Below are positions 19,071 through 28,817 of a stretch of 64,000 nucleotides of DNA, piece by piece (within the stretch, counting starts at the first letter, position 1; each line of letters starts with the position of its first letter). The DNA comes from Pseudomonas sp. GTDB lineage: Bacteria > Pseudomonadota > Gammaproteobacteria > Pseudomonadales > Pseudomonadaceae. The notes below the pieces were generated by a model. The model worked only from the letters and a program-made list of their open reading frames with translations, made no database searches and had not been told where the DNA came from. The stretch lies in NCBI RefSeq assembly GCF_030603065.1, contig NZ_JAUVYN010000002.1. One strand, written 5' to 3'. Made by a program: the position numbers and the translations under genes.

Positions 19071-20396
19071 TCAGGCCTCGCAGTCGCGGGTGTCCTGCTT
19101 GATGGAGCGGCCTGCCAGATAGTAGTGGCCGGCGGCCCAGACATTGATGAAAGCTGCGCCAAGCAGGGCGTAGCGCAGGCTCTCGTTGTCGAACCAGACC
19201 CGGATCAGGTCGCTGGCGATGCCGATGGCCTGGGGGCCAAGGCCGAGCCCCACCAGGTTGAGTACGAACAGCATGATCGCCGAGGCCAGTGCGCGGCTGC
19301 GCAGGGGCGTCAGGCTCTGGATCATGGCGAAGCTGGGCCCGAGGTAGAAGGCGCCAAGAAACGCCGCCGGCATATAGATGATCAATGCCGCGACGGTGCT
19401 GTCGACCAGGTAGAACGCAACTATGAACGGAATCGCCAGCAGCTTGGCGAGGCCGACGATCCAGGCATTCCAGCTCTGGTCGCGGGCCGCCAGGCGGTCG
19501 GCGAGGATACCGCCGATGTAGGCGCCCAGGCCGCCTACGATACCCATTACCGGACCGAGGAACAGGCCGACCTGGCCGGGCGTCAGGCCGTGGCTGCGAA
19601 TCAGGAACGCCGGCCCCCAGACGATGCTGCCGTAACCGACCAGCGCGGTCAGTGTCAGCCCGATGACCACATGCCGGGTAGTTCTGACGCGCCACAGGGC
19701 GGCGAAGCCGGCGCGCACGTTGACCTTGCCCAGCGGTGGCGGCTTGACCCCGTCAGCGAAGCCGCGCGGTGGCTCGATCAGGGTGAAGCGCACCAGCAGC
19801 GCGATCAGCAGGCCAGGCAGACCGACGACGAAGAAGGCTGCTCGCCAGCCCCACCATTCGGCGACGAAGCCGCCCACCATGAAGCCGATCATGATGCCGA
19901 AGTAAACGCCGAGCGCGTAGATCGACATGGCGCTGGAGCGTTGCTCCTTGGGATACAGGTCGGAAATCATCGAGTGGGACGGCGGGCTGGAGCCGGCTTC
20001 GCCGATGCCGACCCCGACACGGGCGACGGCCAGTTGCCAGAAGTTCTGGGCCAGGCCGCAGAGGGCCGTCATGGCGCTCCAGATGGCGATGGACCAGGCG
20101 ATGATGTTGCGGCGATTGGAGCGGTCGGCCAGCATGGCGATGGGTATGCCGAGCGTGGCGTAAAAGAGGGCAAAGGCGATGCCGGAAAGAAATCCGAGCT
20201 GGGTATCCGAGAGCAGCAGGTCGGCCTTGAGCGGCTCGATCAGAATCCCGACGATGTTGCGGTCGACATGGCTTGAAGTATAAGCCGCGACCAGAAGAAT
20301 CAGAGCGTAGCGCCGGTAGGCGGGGGTGATGCGACGTGCAGGGTCATCCTGCCCGACCGAGGCGTTGTCGGCGGGTACTTCAGGCGTGAGAGCCAT
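19071..20396 (-). CDS. MFS transporter
   Basis: 12 predicted TM segments. The MFS loop motif is LADRSNRRNII (G/D-R-x-x-R-R type). The ATG at 20396 (MALTPEV) was chosen. Confidence 0.85.
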   Translation of the reverse strand: MALTPEVPADNASVGQDDPARRITPAYRRYALILLVAAYTSSHVDRNIVGILIEPLKADLLLSDTQLGFLSGIAFALFYATLGIPIAMLADRSNRRNIIAWSIAIWSAMTALCGLAQNFWQLAVARVGVGIGEAGSSPPSHSMISDLYPKEQRSSAMSIYALGVYFGIMIGFMVGGFVAEWWGWRAAFFVVGLPGLLIALLVRFTLIEPPRGFADGVKPPPLGKVNVRAGFAALWRVRTTRHVVIGLTLTALVGYGSIVWGPAFLIRSHGLTPGQVGLFLGPVMGIVGGLGAYIGGILADRLAARDQSWNAWIVGLAKLLAIPFIVAFYLVDSTVAALIIYMPAAFLGAFYLGPSFAMIQSLTPLRSRALASAIMLFVLNLVGLGLGPQAIGIASDLIRVWFDNESLRYALLGAAFINVWAAGHYYLAGRSIKQDTRDCEA

Positions 20397-20580
20397 TTTG
20401 GGTATTACTCCGGGGAAGGGCGTTGTTGTTGTGCCAATCAGCATACGCCTGGCCCAGAACGTCCACAATCGACCCGCCGGTCACTTTTGTAGCGTCTTTG
20501 TAGCGCGCCGCCGCGGGGGTTGATTTCTCGCGCCTTGCCCCCATAGTTAGCCATCACCCACACACGCTGGAAGCATCTGC

Positions 20581-21513
20581 ATGACGGCAGCGATAAGTAT
20601 CCAGGGGCTGGAGAAGACCTACGGCAACGGCTTCACCGCTCTCAAAGGCATCAATCTGGAAGTGCAGCAGGGCGACTTCTTTGCGCTGCTCGGACCCAAC
20701 GGGGCAGGCAAGTCCACCACCATCGGCGTGCTCTCGTCACTGGTCAACAAATCGGCCGGCAAGGTGCAGGTTTTCGGTCACGACATCGATACCGACCTGA
20801 TGGCCGCCAAGCGCTGCATCGGCGTGGTGCCGCAGGAATTCAATTTCAGCCAGTTCGAGAAGACCTTCGACATCCTGACCAATCAGGCCGGTTATTACGG
20901 CATTCCACTGCGCGAGGCGGAACGTCGGGCCGAGGACTATCTGAAGCGCCTGGGGCTGTGGGAAAAGCGCGACGTGCCTTCGCGCATGCTCTCCGGAGGC
21001 ATGAAGCGCCGGCTGATGATCGCCCGTGCCCTGATCCACGAGCCCAAGCTGCTGATCCTCGACGAGCCGACCGCAGGTGTCGATATCGAGATTCGCCGGT
21101 CGATGTGGCAGTTCCTGCAGGAGATCAACGCGCGTGGCATCACCATCATCCTCACCACGCATTATCTGGAGGAGGCCGAGCAGCTCTGCCGCAACATCGC
21201 GATCATCGACCAGGGGCGGATCATCCACAACACCAGCATCCGCAGCCTGCTGAAGGAGCTGCATACCGAGACCTTCTTTCTCGACTGCCGGCAGTCCTTC
21301 ACCGAGGCGCCGACGCTGCCGTCCTACGCCTGCAAGCTGCTGGACGACCATACCCTTGAGGTACAGGTCGACAAGGAGCAGGGGCTCAACGGGCTGTTCG
21401 CCGAACTCTCTCGGCAGGGCATCGAGGTACTGAGCATGCGCAACAAGAGCAATCGACTCGAGGAGTTGTTCCTTATGCTGGTGGACGACAACGCGGAACG
21501 GGGAGCGGCCTGA
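20581..21513 (+). CDS. ABC transporter ATP-binding protein (ABC-2/YadG type)
   Basis: Walker A is GPNGAGKST, the signature is LSGGMKRRL, and Walker B is LLILDEPT. Confidence 0.9.
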   Translation: MTAAISIQGLEKTYGNGFTALKGINLEVQQGDFFALLGPNGAGKSTTIGVLSSLVNKSAGKVQVFGHDIDTDLMAAKRCIGVVPQEFNFSQFEKTFDILTNQAGYYGIPLREAERRAEDYLKRLGLWEKRDVPSRMLSGGMKRRLMIARALIHEPKLLILDEPTAGVDIEIRRSMWQFLQEINARGITIILTTHYLEEAEQLCRNIAIIDQGRIIHNTSIRSLLKELHTETFFLDCRQSFTEAPTLPSYACKLLDDHTLEVQVDKEQGLNGLFAELSRQGIEVLSMRNKSNRLEELFLMLVDDNAERGAA

Positions 21514-22289
21514 TGAATCACTGGCGCGATGGCTGGATAGCCTTCATCACCATTCTCACCAAAGAGGTTCGTCGCTTCACCCGGATCTGGGCACAGACCC
21601 TGTTGCCGCCGGGAATCACCATGGCACTGTATTTCGTGATTTTCGGCAATCTGATCGGTAGCCGCATCGGCGAGATGGACGGCTTCGCCTACATCGACTA
21701 CATCGTCCCGGGCCTGATCATGATGGCAGTGATCACCAACAGCTATTCGAATGTGGTCTCCAGCTTCTTCAGTACCAAGTTCCAGCGCTCGATCGAAGAG
21801 TTGATGGTCGCTCCGGTTTCGCCGCACGTCATTCTGCTGGGCTACACCTTCGGTGGGGTAGCCCGCGGCCTGGCAGTAGGGCTGATCGTGACCATCATGT
21901 CGCTGTTCTTTACTCGGCTGCCGGTCGAGCACCTATGGCTGACCATTACCGTGGTCATGCTGACAGCGCTGGTCTTCTCGCTGGGCGGCTTCATCAACGC
22001 TGTGTATGCCAAGACCTTCGATGATATTTCCATTGTGCCGACCTTCGTGCTGACCCCGCTGACCTACCTTGGTGGCGTGTTCTATTCGATCAACCTGCTT
22101 CCGGGATTCTGGCAGACAGTCTCCCTGGCGAACCCCATCCTGCATATGGTCAATGCGTTTCGCTACGGATTCCTCGGTGTGTCGGACATCCATATCGGTG
22201 TGGCGCTGGGACTGATGGTGGTGCTGATAGCCGTACTCTACGCGTTCAGCTACCGCCTGCTGGTGCAAGGCACCGGGATGCGTCAGTAG
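21513..22289 (+). CDS. ABC-2 type transporter permease (YadH-like)
   Basis: 258 aa with 6 TM segments. It has a 1-nt start/stop overlap (TGATG) with the ATPase gene. Confidence 0.9.
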   Translation: MNHWRDGWIAFITILTKEVRRFTRIWAQTLLPPGITMALYFVIFGNLIGSRIGEMDGFAYIDYIVPGLIMMAVITNSYSNVVSSFFSTKFQRSIEELMVAPVSPHVILLGYTFGGVARGLAVGLIVTIMSLFFTRLPVEHLWLTITVVMLTALVFSLGGFINAVYAKTFDDISIVPTFVLTPLTYLGGVFYSINLLPGFWQTVSLANPILHMVNAFRYGFLGVSDIHIGVALGLMVVLIAVLYAFSYRLLVQGTGMRQ

Positions 22290-22352
22290 CGCAGGACTGG
22301 TCGTGCCGGCAGGCGGCGGGTATGCTGCCGGTTCGATCGATGGAGGTTACCC

Positions 22353-23189
22353 ATGACGCAGCACCCGGCGGAGCATTCACCATTAGGTAAATCAAGTGCT
22401 TACGTAAGTGTTTACACGCCTTCTCTATTATTTCCAATTCCACGTCAGCCCAAGTGGCAAGAGCTTGGTATCACTGCTGAGCGTCTGCCCTTTCACGGAG
22501 CGGATATCTGGAACTGCTACGAGCTTTCGTGGCTGAACCCATCGGGCAAGCCTGAGGTGGCGGCCGCGGAGTTCATTTTTCCCCTGAGCGCATCGCGCAT
22601 TGTCGAGTCCAAATCCTTCAAGCTCTACCTGAACTCGTTCAATCAGACTGTCTTCAGTGACCGGCGGGAGGTGCTGCGGACCCTGGAGTCAGACCTTTCC
22701 GTTGCCGCTCAGGGGCCGGTAATGGTCCGGGTGCTTGGCATGAATCAGCTGCACCAGTTGGGGCTGACTCAGCTGCCGGGAATGTGTCTGGACGATCTGG
22801 ACGTGAGCATGTCCGATTACGATTATGCCCCGGAACTGCTGACGAACGACGTGCGCGGCGGAAGGGTCCGCGAGACATTGCACAGCCATCTGCTCAAATC
22901 CAATTGTCCTGTGACAGGGCAGCCGGACTGGGGAAGTGTATTGATCGATTACGCTGGTGAGCGATTGGACCATCCCGCGCTGCTGCGGTACCTGGTTTCC
23001 TTCCGGCAGCATTCGGATTTTCATGAGCAATGCGTGGAGCGCATCTTCACCGATCTTCTGCCGCTGCTCGGTGAAGATGCGTCTCTGACGGTCTACGCGC
23101 GCTACGTCAGGCGCGGAGGGCTGGACATAAACCCTTATCGGTCGACTCAGCCAGGCGTACCCGATAATTTCCGGCTGGCGCGCCAGTAA
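22353..23189 (+). CDS. queF: NADPH-dependent 7-cyano-7-deazaguanine (preQ0) reductase, two-domain type
   Basis: 278 aa. Motifs seen are [19 protein letters not shown], and the catalytic-Cys region [13 protein letters not shown]. Confidence 0.9.
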   Translation: MTQHPAEHSPLGKSSAYVSVYTPSLLFPIPRQPKWQELGITAERLPFHGADIWNCYELSWLNPSGKPEVAAAEFIFPLSASRIVESKSFKLYLNSFNQTVFSDRREVLRTLESDLSVAAQGPVMVRVLGMNQLHQLGLTQLPGMCLDDLDVSMSDYDYAPELLTNDVRGGRVRETLHSHLLKSNCPVTGQPDWGSVLIDYAGERLDHPALLRYLVSFRQHSDFHEQCVERIFTDLLPLLGEDASLTVYARYVRRGGLDINPYRSTQPGVPDNFRLARQ

Positions 23190-23199
23190 GCGCGTTGGT

Positions 23200-23478
23200 T
23201 CAGATACCGATGTCGGAAAGGGTCTGCATGACGCTGCGCAGAGTGGCGGCAGTAGTGGGATGACGCACTTCCAGTTGTTCGACGAGCAGATTGACGCCGT
23301 CGACCAGGGTCGGATCCTGCTCTGACGCCTCGTTGGCTTCCATTGCAATCAGGCGCGCCTTCAGATCGGTCGCCAGTTGTTGCATGGACTCGCGCTCGGC
23401 ATCGGTCAGCGGCGTTTCCGGCTCGTTGAGCAGCTCTTCGAGCGTCGCAAGCTGCGCTTTGAGTCTTTGGTGGGGCAT
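23200..23478 (-). CDS. Small helical protein of unknown function (DUF4404-like)
   Basis: 92 aa, acidic, with heptad-like repeats. The family assignment is from memory. Confidence 0.55.
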   Translation of the reverse strand: MPHQRLKAQLATLEELLNEPETPLTDAERESMQQLATDLKARLIAMEANEASEQDPTLVDGVNLLVEQLEVRHPTTAATLRSVMQTLSDIGI

Positions 23479-23635
23479 GCAGTGTTTCTCCTTAAATGAG
23501 CCGTTGCCTCATCATAACCGCTCTGGGTTGTCAGGTCTGCACCCCGCGAGACGGATTCGGCATGGATGGCAGGGTGGCATTAATCCATTAGAATGCACGC
23601 TCGCGCCCGGTTGGGCACCTAGCATTGGAGTGCTT

Positions 23636-24361
23636 ATGATCTCATTGACCTTGGCCGTCCGGACTGGGCTGATTGCGGCGACACTGCTGTTCGCTATGCC
23701 AGCGCTCGCCTTCGACGAATTCGACGATACTGATGCCAGCTTTCGCAATCCGGACCCCTGGGAGCCGGTGAACAGGGCGATCTTCAGTTTCAATGACCGG
23801 GTCGACAGCGTTTCTCTGAAGCCCATTGCGCGAGGTTACAACCGCTTCGTTCCCCAGCCGGTACGGGACGGGGTGAGCAACGTGTTCGACAATCTGGGTG
23901 AGCCGCGCAACCTGGTCAACAACACCCTGCAGGGCAAGTTTCATGATGCCAGCGTGGATATTTCCCGTTTCCTGCTCAATACCACCCTTGGCGTCGGTGG
24001 CATTTTCGATGTGGCGACCCGGTGGGGGTTGCAGCGTAATGACGAGGATCTCGGCCAGACCATCGGATCCTATGGCGTACCGAGCGGTCCCTATGTGGTC
24101 CTGCCGCTGCTTGGACCTTCGACCCTGCGTGATTCACTGGCGCGAATTCCGGAGAGTTTCGAGACCTACACCTACCGGGCGCAGGTCGATCATGTGCGCA
24201 CGCGCAACGTGGCATTTGGCACGGAAATGGTCGACACCCGTGCAGCCATTCTTGGGCAGGAACGTCTGATCCGAGGCGATCGTTATACCTTCGTGCGCAA
24301 CGCTTACCTGCAGAACCGCGAGTTCCGCGTACGCGATGGGGCAGTGGAGGATGACTTCTAG
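23636..24361 (+). CDS. mlaA: Outer-membrane lipid asymmetry lipoprotein MlaA/VacJ
   Basis: It has a signal sequence followed by DPWEPVNRAIFSFND...GYNRFVP...NNTLQGK...NTTLGVGG, which are canonical VacJ motifs. GGAG lies upstream of the ATG at 23636. Confidence 0.85.
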   Translation: MISLTLAVRTGLIAATLLFAMPALAFDEFDDTDASFRNPDPWEPVNRAIFSFNDRVDSVSLKPIARGYNRFVPQPVRDGVSNVFDNLGEPRNLVNNTLQGKFHDASVDISRFLLNTTLGVGGIFDVATRWGLQRNDEDLGQTIGSYGVPSGPYVVLPLLGPSTLRDSLARIPESFETYTYRAQVDHVRTRNVAFGTEMVDTRAAILGQERLIRGDRYTFVRNAYLQNREFRVRDGAVEDDF

Positions 24362-24381
24362 CCAGTCATCCCCCGTTCGGG

Positions 24382-24687
24382 CTATTTCACAGCGTTGAAC
24401 TGCAGGCCGATACTGTAACCACCAGTTTCAGCCGCCGAGCAGCGAACGACCGTCCCGGTCGCTTCCAGGCCCTGAAGCCCGGGTGTGGGGGAGGGTATGG
24501 ACAGTTCTACGGTCGTTCCGGGAACCACTTCACGGTCGGCCTTCAGTTGTACGCCCTGGCTGGAAAGGTCCTGGCAGACGACATCGATGGCCTCGCCCAG
24601 AGCGATAAGACGCAGCACCGCTGCGGTCTCGATCTGCATGCGAAGAAAATCGCGCTTTTCGTTGTACTGCTGGTCATGAAAACTCAT
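24382..24687 (-). CDS. Single-domain PilZ (c-di-GMP binding) protein
   Basis: 101 aa. It has the RxxxR-like motif EKRDFLRM and the D/NxSxxG motif DLSSQGV. Only the C-terminal third of the 361-aa ORF-track entry is used. Confidence 0.72.
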   Translation of the reverse strand: MSFHDQQYNEKRDFLRMQIETAAVLRLIALGEAIDVVCQDLSSQGVQLKADREVVPGTTVELSIPSPTPGLQGLEATGTVVRCSAAETGGYSIGLQFNAVK

Positions 24688-24924
24688 GCTGTGATCTCTG
24701 GTTGAGGGCCGGTATGGCAAATCATGACGGGAGATTCCATGCCATCGTAGTGCCAGCTTGCACATGGCACAAGGCCTGTCTGAAGGTGCTGGTAACGGTT
24801 GCCTGCGGACAAGGATGGGAGTACTGTTTGCCCCTTGAAAGCGTCGGGTCATTACTGCCCGGCCGTAATCACACACCCTGTGGCCATGGAACCTGCCCGT
24901 CCATGGCATTGACGTAGGGAATCT

Positions 24925-26115
24925 ATGCAGCTTCCTGGCACCACATTGCTGGTCATTGACGACGATTCCCTCGCTCGCCAGACCATCGCTGGATTTTTCG
25001 AAAAGAATGGGTTCGACGTCCTGCAGGCCGAGCGCGGCGTACAGGGGCTCGAGGTATTCTCTCGGCAACGGCCCGAACTGGTTCTGTGCGAATTGCACAT
25101 GGCCGATATGGGCGGCCTCGAACTGATTCGCCAGGTCAACGAGATCGCGCCGGACACTCCGGTCATTGTCATGTCCGCTGCCGGAGTCATGGGTGAGGTG
25201 GTGGAAGCGCTGCGTGTCGGGGCCGCTGATTATCTGCTTAAACCGGTGGTCGATCTTGCAGTCCTCGAACATGCCGTACGGCGGTCGCTCGATCGGGCAC
25301 GCCTGCGAATCGAGAACCAGCGAATAAGGGAGCGCCTGGAGCGAGCCAATCGCGACCTCGAAAACCATCTCAAGGAGCTCAAGGATGATCAGGCTGCCGG
25401 CCGCCAGGTTCAGCTCAACATGCTGCCGCCCAGCCCCTGGACCAGCGGTGAGTACCGGCTGGAGCATCGGATCATTCCTTCGCTTTATCTGTCAGGCGAT
25501 TTTGTCGACTATTTCCGTGTCTCCGACACCCAGTTGGCTTTCTACCTGGCAGATGTCTCCGGGCATGGGGCTTCATCGGCTTTCGTTACGGTACTGCTGA
25601 AGTTCATGACCACCCGGTTGCTGTACGAGCAACGCAAGGTCGAAGCCTCTGGTCCGGTTGCGTTCAAGCCTTCTGACGTACTGACGCACATCAACCGCAG
25701 CCTGATCAGTTGCAAGCTAGGCAAGCATGTCACCATGCTCGGTGGCGTGATCGATGAAACTACGCAGACACTCACCTACGCCATCGGCGGTCACCTGCCT
25801 CTGCCGGTCCTCTATGCCGGTGGCGAAGCGTCCTACCTGCAGGGCAAGGGCCGCCCGGTAGGGCTTTTCGAGGACGCCCAGTACGAAGATGTGCAGATCG
25901 ATCTGCCCTCAGACTTCAGTCTTATGCTGTGCTCGGATGGCGTGCTTGATTGCATCGAAGGGACTACCCTAAGGGAGAAGGAAGCCATTCTGCCCAGGTT
26001 GGTGCAGGAGTCAGGCGGTACGCTGGCAGGACTTATGGGCAGGCTCGGTCTGGACAAGCCCGAGCCGAAGCCGGACGACATATCCGTTTTGGTGTTGAGC
26101 AGGAATTCCAGATGA
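24925..26115 (+). CDS. Response regulator fused to a PP2C/SpoIIE-type phosphatase (RssB/RsbU-like)
   Basis: The REC domain reads TLLVIDDD...LVLCELHMADMGG...SAAG...DYLLKP. The C-terminal PP2C-like motifs are SGDFVDYF, LADVSGHGASSAF, GGHLP and CSDGVLD. Confidence 0.85.
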   Translation: MQLPGTTLLVIDDDSLARQTIAGFFEKNGFDVLQAERGVQGLEVFSRQRPELVLCELHMADMGGLELIRQVNEIAPDTPVIVMSAAGVMGEVVEALRVGAADYLLKPVVDLAVLEHAVRRSLDRARLRIENQRIRERLERANRDLENHLKELKDDQAAGRQVQLNMLPPSPWTSGEYRLEHRIIPSLYLSGDFVDYFRVSDTQLAFYLADVSGHGASSAFVTVLLKFMTTRLLYEQRKVEASGPVAFKPSDVLTHINRSLISCKLGKHVTMLGGVIDETTQTLTYAIGGHLPLPVLYAGGEASYLQGKGRPVGLFEDAQYEDVQIDLPSDFSLMLCSDGVLDCIEGTTLREKEAILPRLVQESGGTLAGLMGRLGLDKPEPKPDDISVLVLSRNSR

Positions 26116-26600
26116 TGACCACTGGCAAGATCCAGATTGCCGAGGCAGAGGGCACCTTCGTTCTCAAGTTCATTGGGGACGTGCGCCTGACGTTGTGCGC
26201 GGCACTGGATGCCTATATCGAAAAGATTTTCAGTGCGCTGAGCTTCGATTCCATCGTTATCGATCTTACCGAAACCGAGAACATCGACAGCACCTCATTG
26301 GGATTGCTCGCCAAGCTATCCAATCTGTCCCGGCAGAAGGTCGGTCTGTTACCGACACTGGTGTCCAATCACGATGACATGAACCGCCTGTTGCAGAGCA
26401 TGGGCTTCGATCAGGTATTCAACATTGTTTCCGAGGCTGTGCCGACGCCAGCCGAATTGGAGGACCTGCCCGGACAATTGCTTTCCGAGCAGGTAGTGCG
26501 TGACAAGGTGCTTGAAGCGCATCGGATTCTGATGCAGTTGAACGACCATAACCGCGAGGCCTTCCGTGACCTCGTCAGTACGCTGGAATCAGGCTCCTGA
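26112..26600 (+). CDS. STAS-domain anti-sigma-factor-antagonist-like protein
   Basis: 162 aa. It has an ATGA start/stop overlap with the upstream phosphatase gene. The STAS core is [19 protein letters not shown]. Confidence 0.8.
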   Translation: MMTTGKIQIAEAEGTFVLKFIGDVRLTLCAALDAYIEKIFSALSFDSIVIDLTETENIDSTSLGLLAKLSNLSRQKVGLLPTLVSNHDDMNRLLQSMGFDQVFNIVSEAVPTPAELEDLPGQLLSEQVVRDKVLEAHRILMQLNDHNREAFRDLVSTLESGS

Positions 26601-27539
26601 ACCGGCTCGCTCGATCAATAGCCGCTCCAGTTTGATCTGATCCGCGGCAAACGCACGAATTCCTTCGGCCAGTTTCTCCGTCGCCATTGCGTCCTCGTTG
26701 TGATCCCAGCGGAAGGTGGCCTCGTCGAGGACGCGACGGGGTTCCCCGGCAGTCGGGTCGAGCAGAGGGGAACGTCCCAGAGTGCCGCTTTCATCGGCCA
26801 ACTGCTGCAACAAAGCTGGGCTGATGGTCAGGCGATCGCAGCCTGCCAGCGCTTCTATCTCTCCGGTATTGCGAAAGCTCGCGCCCATTACGATGGTCTG
26901 ATACATGTGCTGCTTGTAGTAGCGGTAGATCCGTGCGACCGACTGAACACCCGGGTCTTCCGCTCCCTGAAAATCACGACCCTCACGCTGCTTGTACCAG
27001 TCATAGATGCGGCCTACGAAGGGCGAGATCAGATAAACGCCGGCATCGGCGCAGGCCTGAGCCTGGGCGAAGGAGAACAGCAGTGTCAGGTTGCACTGGA
27101 TGCCTTCCTTCTCCAATTGCTCCGCGGCGCGGATGCCCTCCCAGGTTGAGGCGATCTTGATCAGCACCCGATCGCGGGTAACACCGGCTTCTTCGTAGCG
27201 CTGGATGATTCGCCGGGCTTTTTCCAGGGTCGCAGCGCGATCGAAGGAGAGCCGCGCGTCCACTTCCGTGGAAATACGTCCCGGCACCAGTTTGATGATT
27301 TCGCTACCAAGGGCCACGGCGAAATGCTCGCAGGCCTCGGCTGCCGGGTCCATGCTGCTTCGTCCGCGGGAGATGGACTCGTCCAGCAGTGCGGCATACT
27401 CGGGCTGGCTGGCTGCCTTGAGCATCAGGGAGGGGTTGGTGGTGGCATCCACCGGCTTGAGTTTGCGTATGGCATTGATGTCGCCGGTGTCGGCGACGAT
27501 CTGGGTCAACTGCTTGAGGCTTTCGAGTTTGCTGGTCAT
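26589..27539 (-). CDS. tal: Transaldolase B
   Basis: Motifs seen are VADTGDI...[19 protein letters not shown], and the Schiff-base lysine region [11 protein letters not shown]. 316 aa. Confidence 0.92.
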   Translation of the reverse strand: MTSKLESLKQLTQIVADTGDINAIRKLKPVDATTNPSLMLKAASQPEYAALLDESISRGRSSMDPAAEACEHFAVALGSEIIKLVPGRISTEVDARLSFDRAATLEKARRIIQRYEEAGVTRDRVLIKIASTWEGIRAAEQLEKEGIQCNLTLLFSFAQAQACADAGVYLISPFVGRIYDWYKQREGRDFQGAEDPGVQSVARIYRYYKQHMYQTIVMGASFRNTGEIEALAGCDRLTISPALLQQLADESGTLGRSPLLDPTAGEPRRVLDEATFRWDHNEDAMATEKLAEGIRAFAADQIKLERLLIERAGSGA

Positions 27540-27585
27540 GGTCTGCCCGTCGAGTTAAAAGCTGACTTGACCATACCCCAGAGCC

Positions 27586-28620
27586 TCAGGCCGGGCAATG
27601 CCGCGGGGTCAGGCGTGCCTGCATCGTCTCGATGAGCTCGTCGTAGAGTCCCAGCGGGTCGCTGCTGCCATGCAGGGCGCTACTCAGTTGGCGGCGAAAG
27701 TGCCGTGCTCCGGGCAGACCCTGGAAGAGCCCAAGGATATGGCGCGTTATATGATTCATCACCCCGCCGCCGGCAAGATGCGCGACTATGTAGGGCCGTA
27801 GAGCATGAAGGATCGCAATGCGGTCCAAAGGTTCCCGGTCATCACCGTAAAAGAGACTGTCTACCTGGGCCAGAAGATAGGGGTTGTGGTAGGCCTCACG
27901 ACCGACCATGACGCCATCGACGTGCTGCAGTTGTTCCTGCATCACGGTCAGATCGGTCAGGCCGCCGTTGATGATGATTTCCAGCTGCGGGAAGTCCCGT
28001 TTGAGCTGATGTACCACCGGATATTGCAGCGGCGGGATATCGCGATTTTCCTTTGGCGAAAGTCCTTCCAGAATCGCAATGCGAGCATGGACTATGAAAG
28101 TGTCACAACCCGCCTCGTGGATCTTGCCGACGAAATCGCACAGCTCGGCATAGCTGTCCCTGCCGTTGATCCCAATGCGGTGTTTCACGGTGATCGGCAA
28201 GGAGCAGGCATCAAGCATTGCCCGTACCCCGTCGGCTACCAGTTGGGGGTGGGCCATCAGGCAGGCACCGATCAGGTTGTTCTGTACGCGATCACTCGGG
28301 CAGCCGACGTTCAAATTCACCTCGGCAAAGCCTGCCTGTTCGGCCAAGGCTGCACAGGTCGCCAGCTCGTCCGCCTTGCTTCCGCCCAGCTGCAGGGCCA
28401 GCGGCTGCTCGTCCGGGTGAAAATGCAGAAAGCGATTACGGTCGCCGTGAATGATCGCGCCGGTGGTAACCATTTCGGTATACAGCAGGGCGTGACGGCT
28501 GATCAGACGCGCAAAGTAGCGGTAATGGGCATCAGTCCAGTCCATCATGGGAGCTACGCTGAAGCGGCGGGATGGGCCGGGGCGGGAGATGATCGGCTTG
28601 GGAGCGGATGGGGGCTGCAT
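27586..28620 (-). CDS. dusA: tRNA dihydrouridine(20/20a) synthase DusA
   Basis: Motifs seen are FSVAPMMDWTD.HYRYF, EVNLNVGCPS and VKHRIG. The ATG at 28620 gives 344 aa. Confidence 0.9.
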   Translation of the reverse strand: MQPPSAPKPIISRPGPSRRFSVAPMMDWTDAHYRYFARLISRHALLYTEMVTTGAIIHGDRNRFLHFHPDEQPLALQLGGSKADELATCAALAEQAGFAEVNLNVGCPSDRVQNNLIGACLMAHPQLVADGVRAMLDACSLPITVKHRIGINGRDSYAELCDFVGKIHEAGCDTFIVHARIAILEGLSPKENRDIPPLQYPVVHQLKRDFPQLEIIINGGLTDLTVMQEQLQHVDGVMVGREAYHNPYLLAQVDSLFYGDDREPLDRIAILHALRPYIVAHLAGGGVMNHITRHILGLFQGLPGARHFRRQLSSALHGSSDPLGLYDELIETMQARLTPRHCPA

Positions 28621-28817
28621 TCGATTACGCCTGGCAAAGATCTGTTCGCGCCCGTTACTGGTTGAATCGAGCGAGGGCGCATATTCTAGCAGGAAAGCGG
28701 CGGGGCGATCCGCCGTCTGGCGGGTGCCATGAGATGGCCGCAAGCGCCGGCCTGAATCGTTGGATGAGCATGCCGCTGTCACGCTCCGTTAGTTGCAATT
28801 GTTAAACGAGGTTAGTC

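Noticed and set aside
19125-20276. A 383-aa ORF antisense to the MFS transporter gene.
   Set aside because: It is a shadow ORF with an Asp/Gly/Ala/Gln-rich, non-globular translation.
22290-22352. A possible preQ1 riboswitch upstream of queF.
   Set aside because: The spacer is only 63 nt. The one hairpin (CCGGCAG...CTGCCGG) looks like a weak terminator for the preceding ABC permease gene. I saw no preQ1-I/II consensus features.
24688-25467. The N-terminal 260 aa of the 361-aa ORF containing the PilZ domain. The same issue applies to the long 5' extensions of the ORFs at 6506-7231, 14621-15613, 23291-24361, 27586-28782 and 43630-45990.
   Set aside because: The extensions run antisense through neighbouring genes or through promoters and have non-protein-like composition. 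Internal starts with an RBS, or with homologue-like N-termini, fit better.
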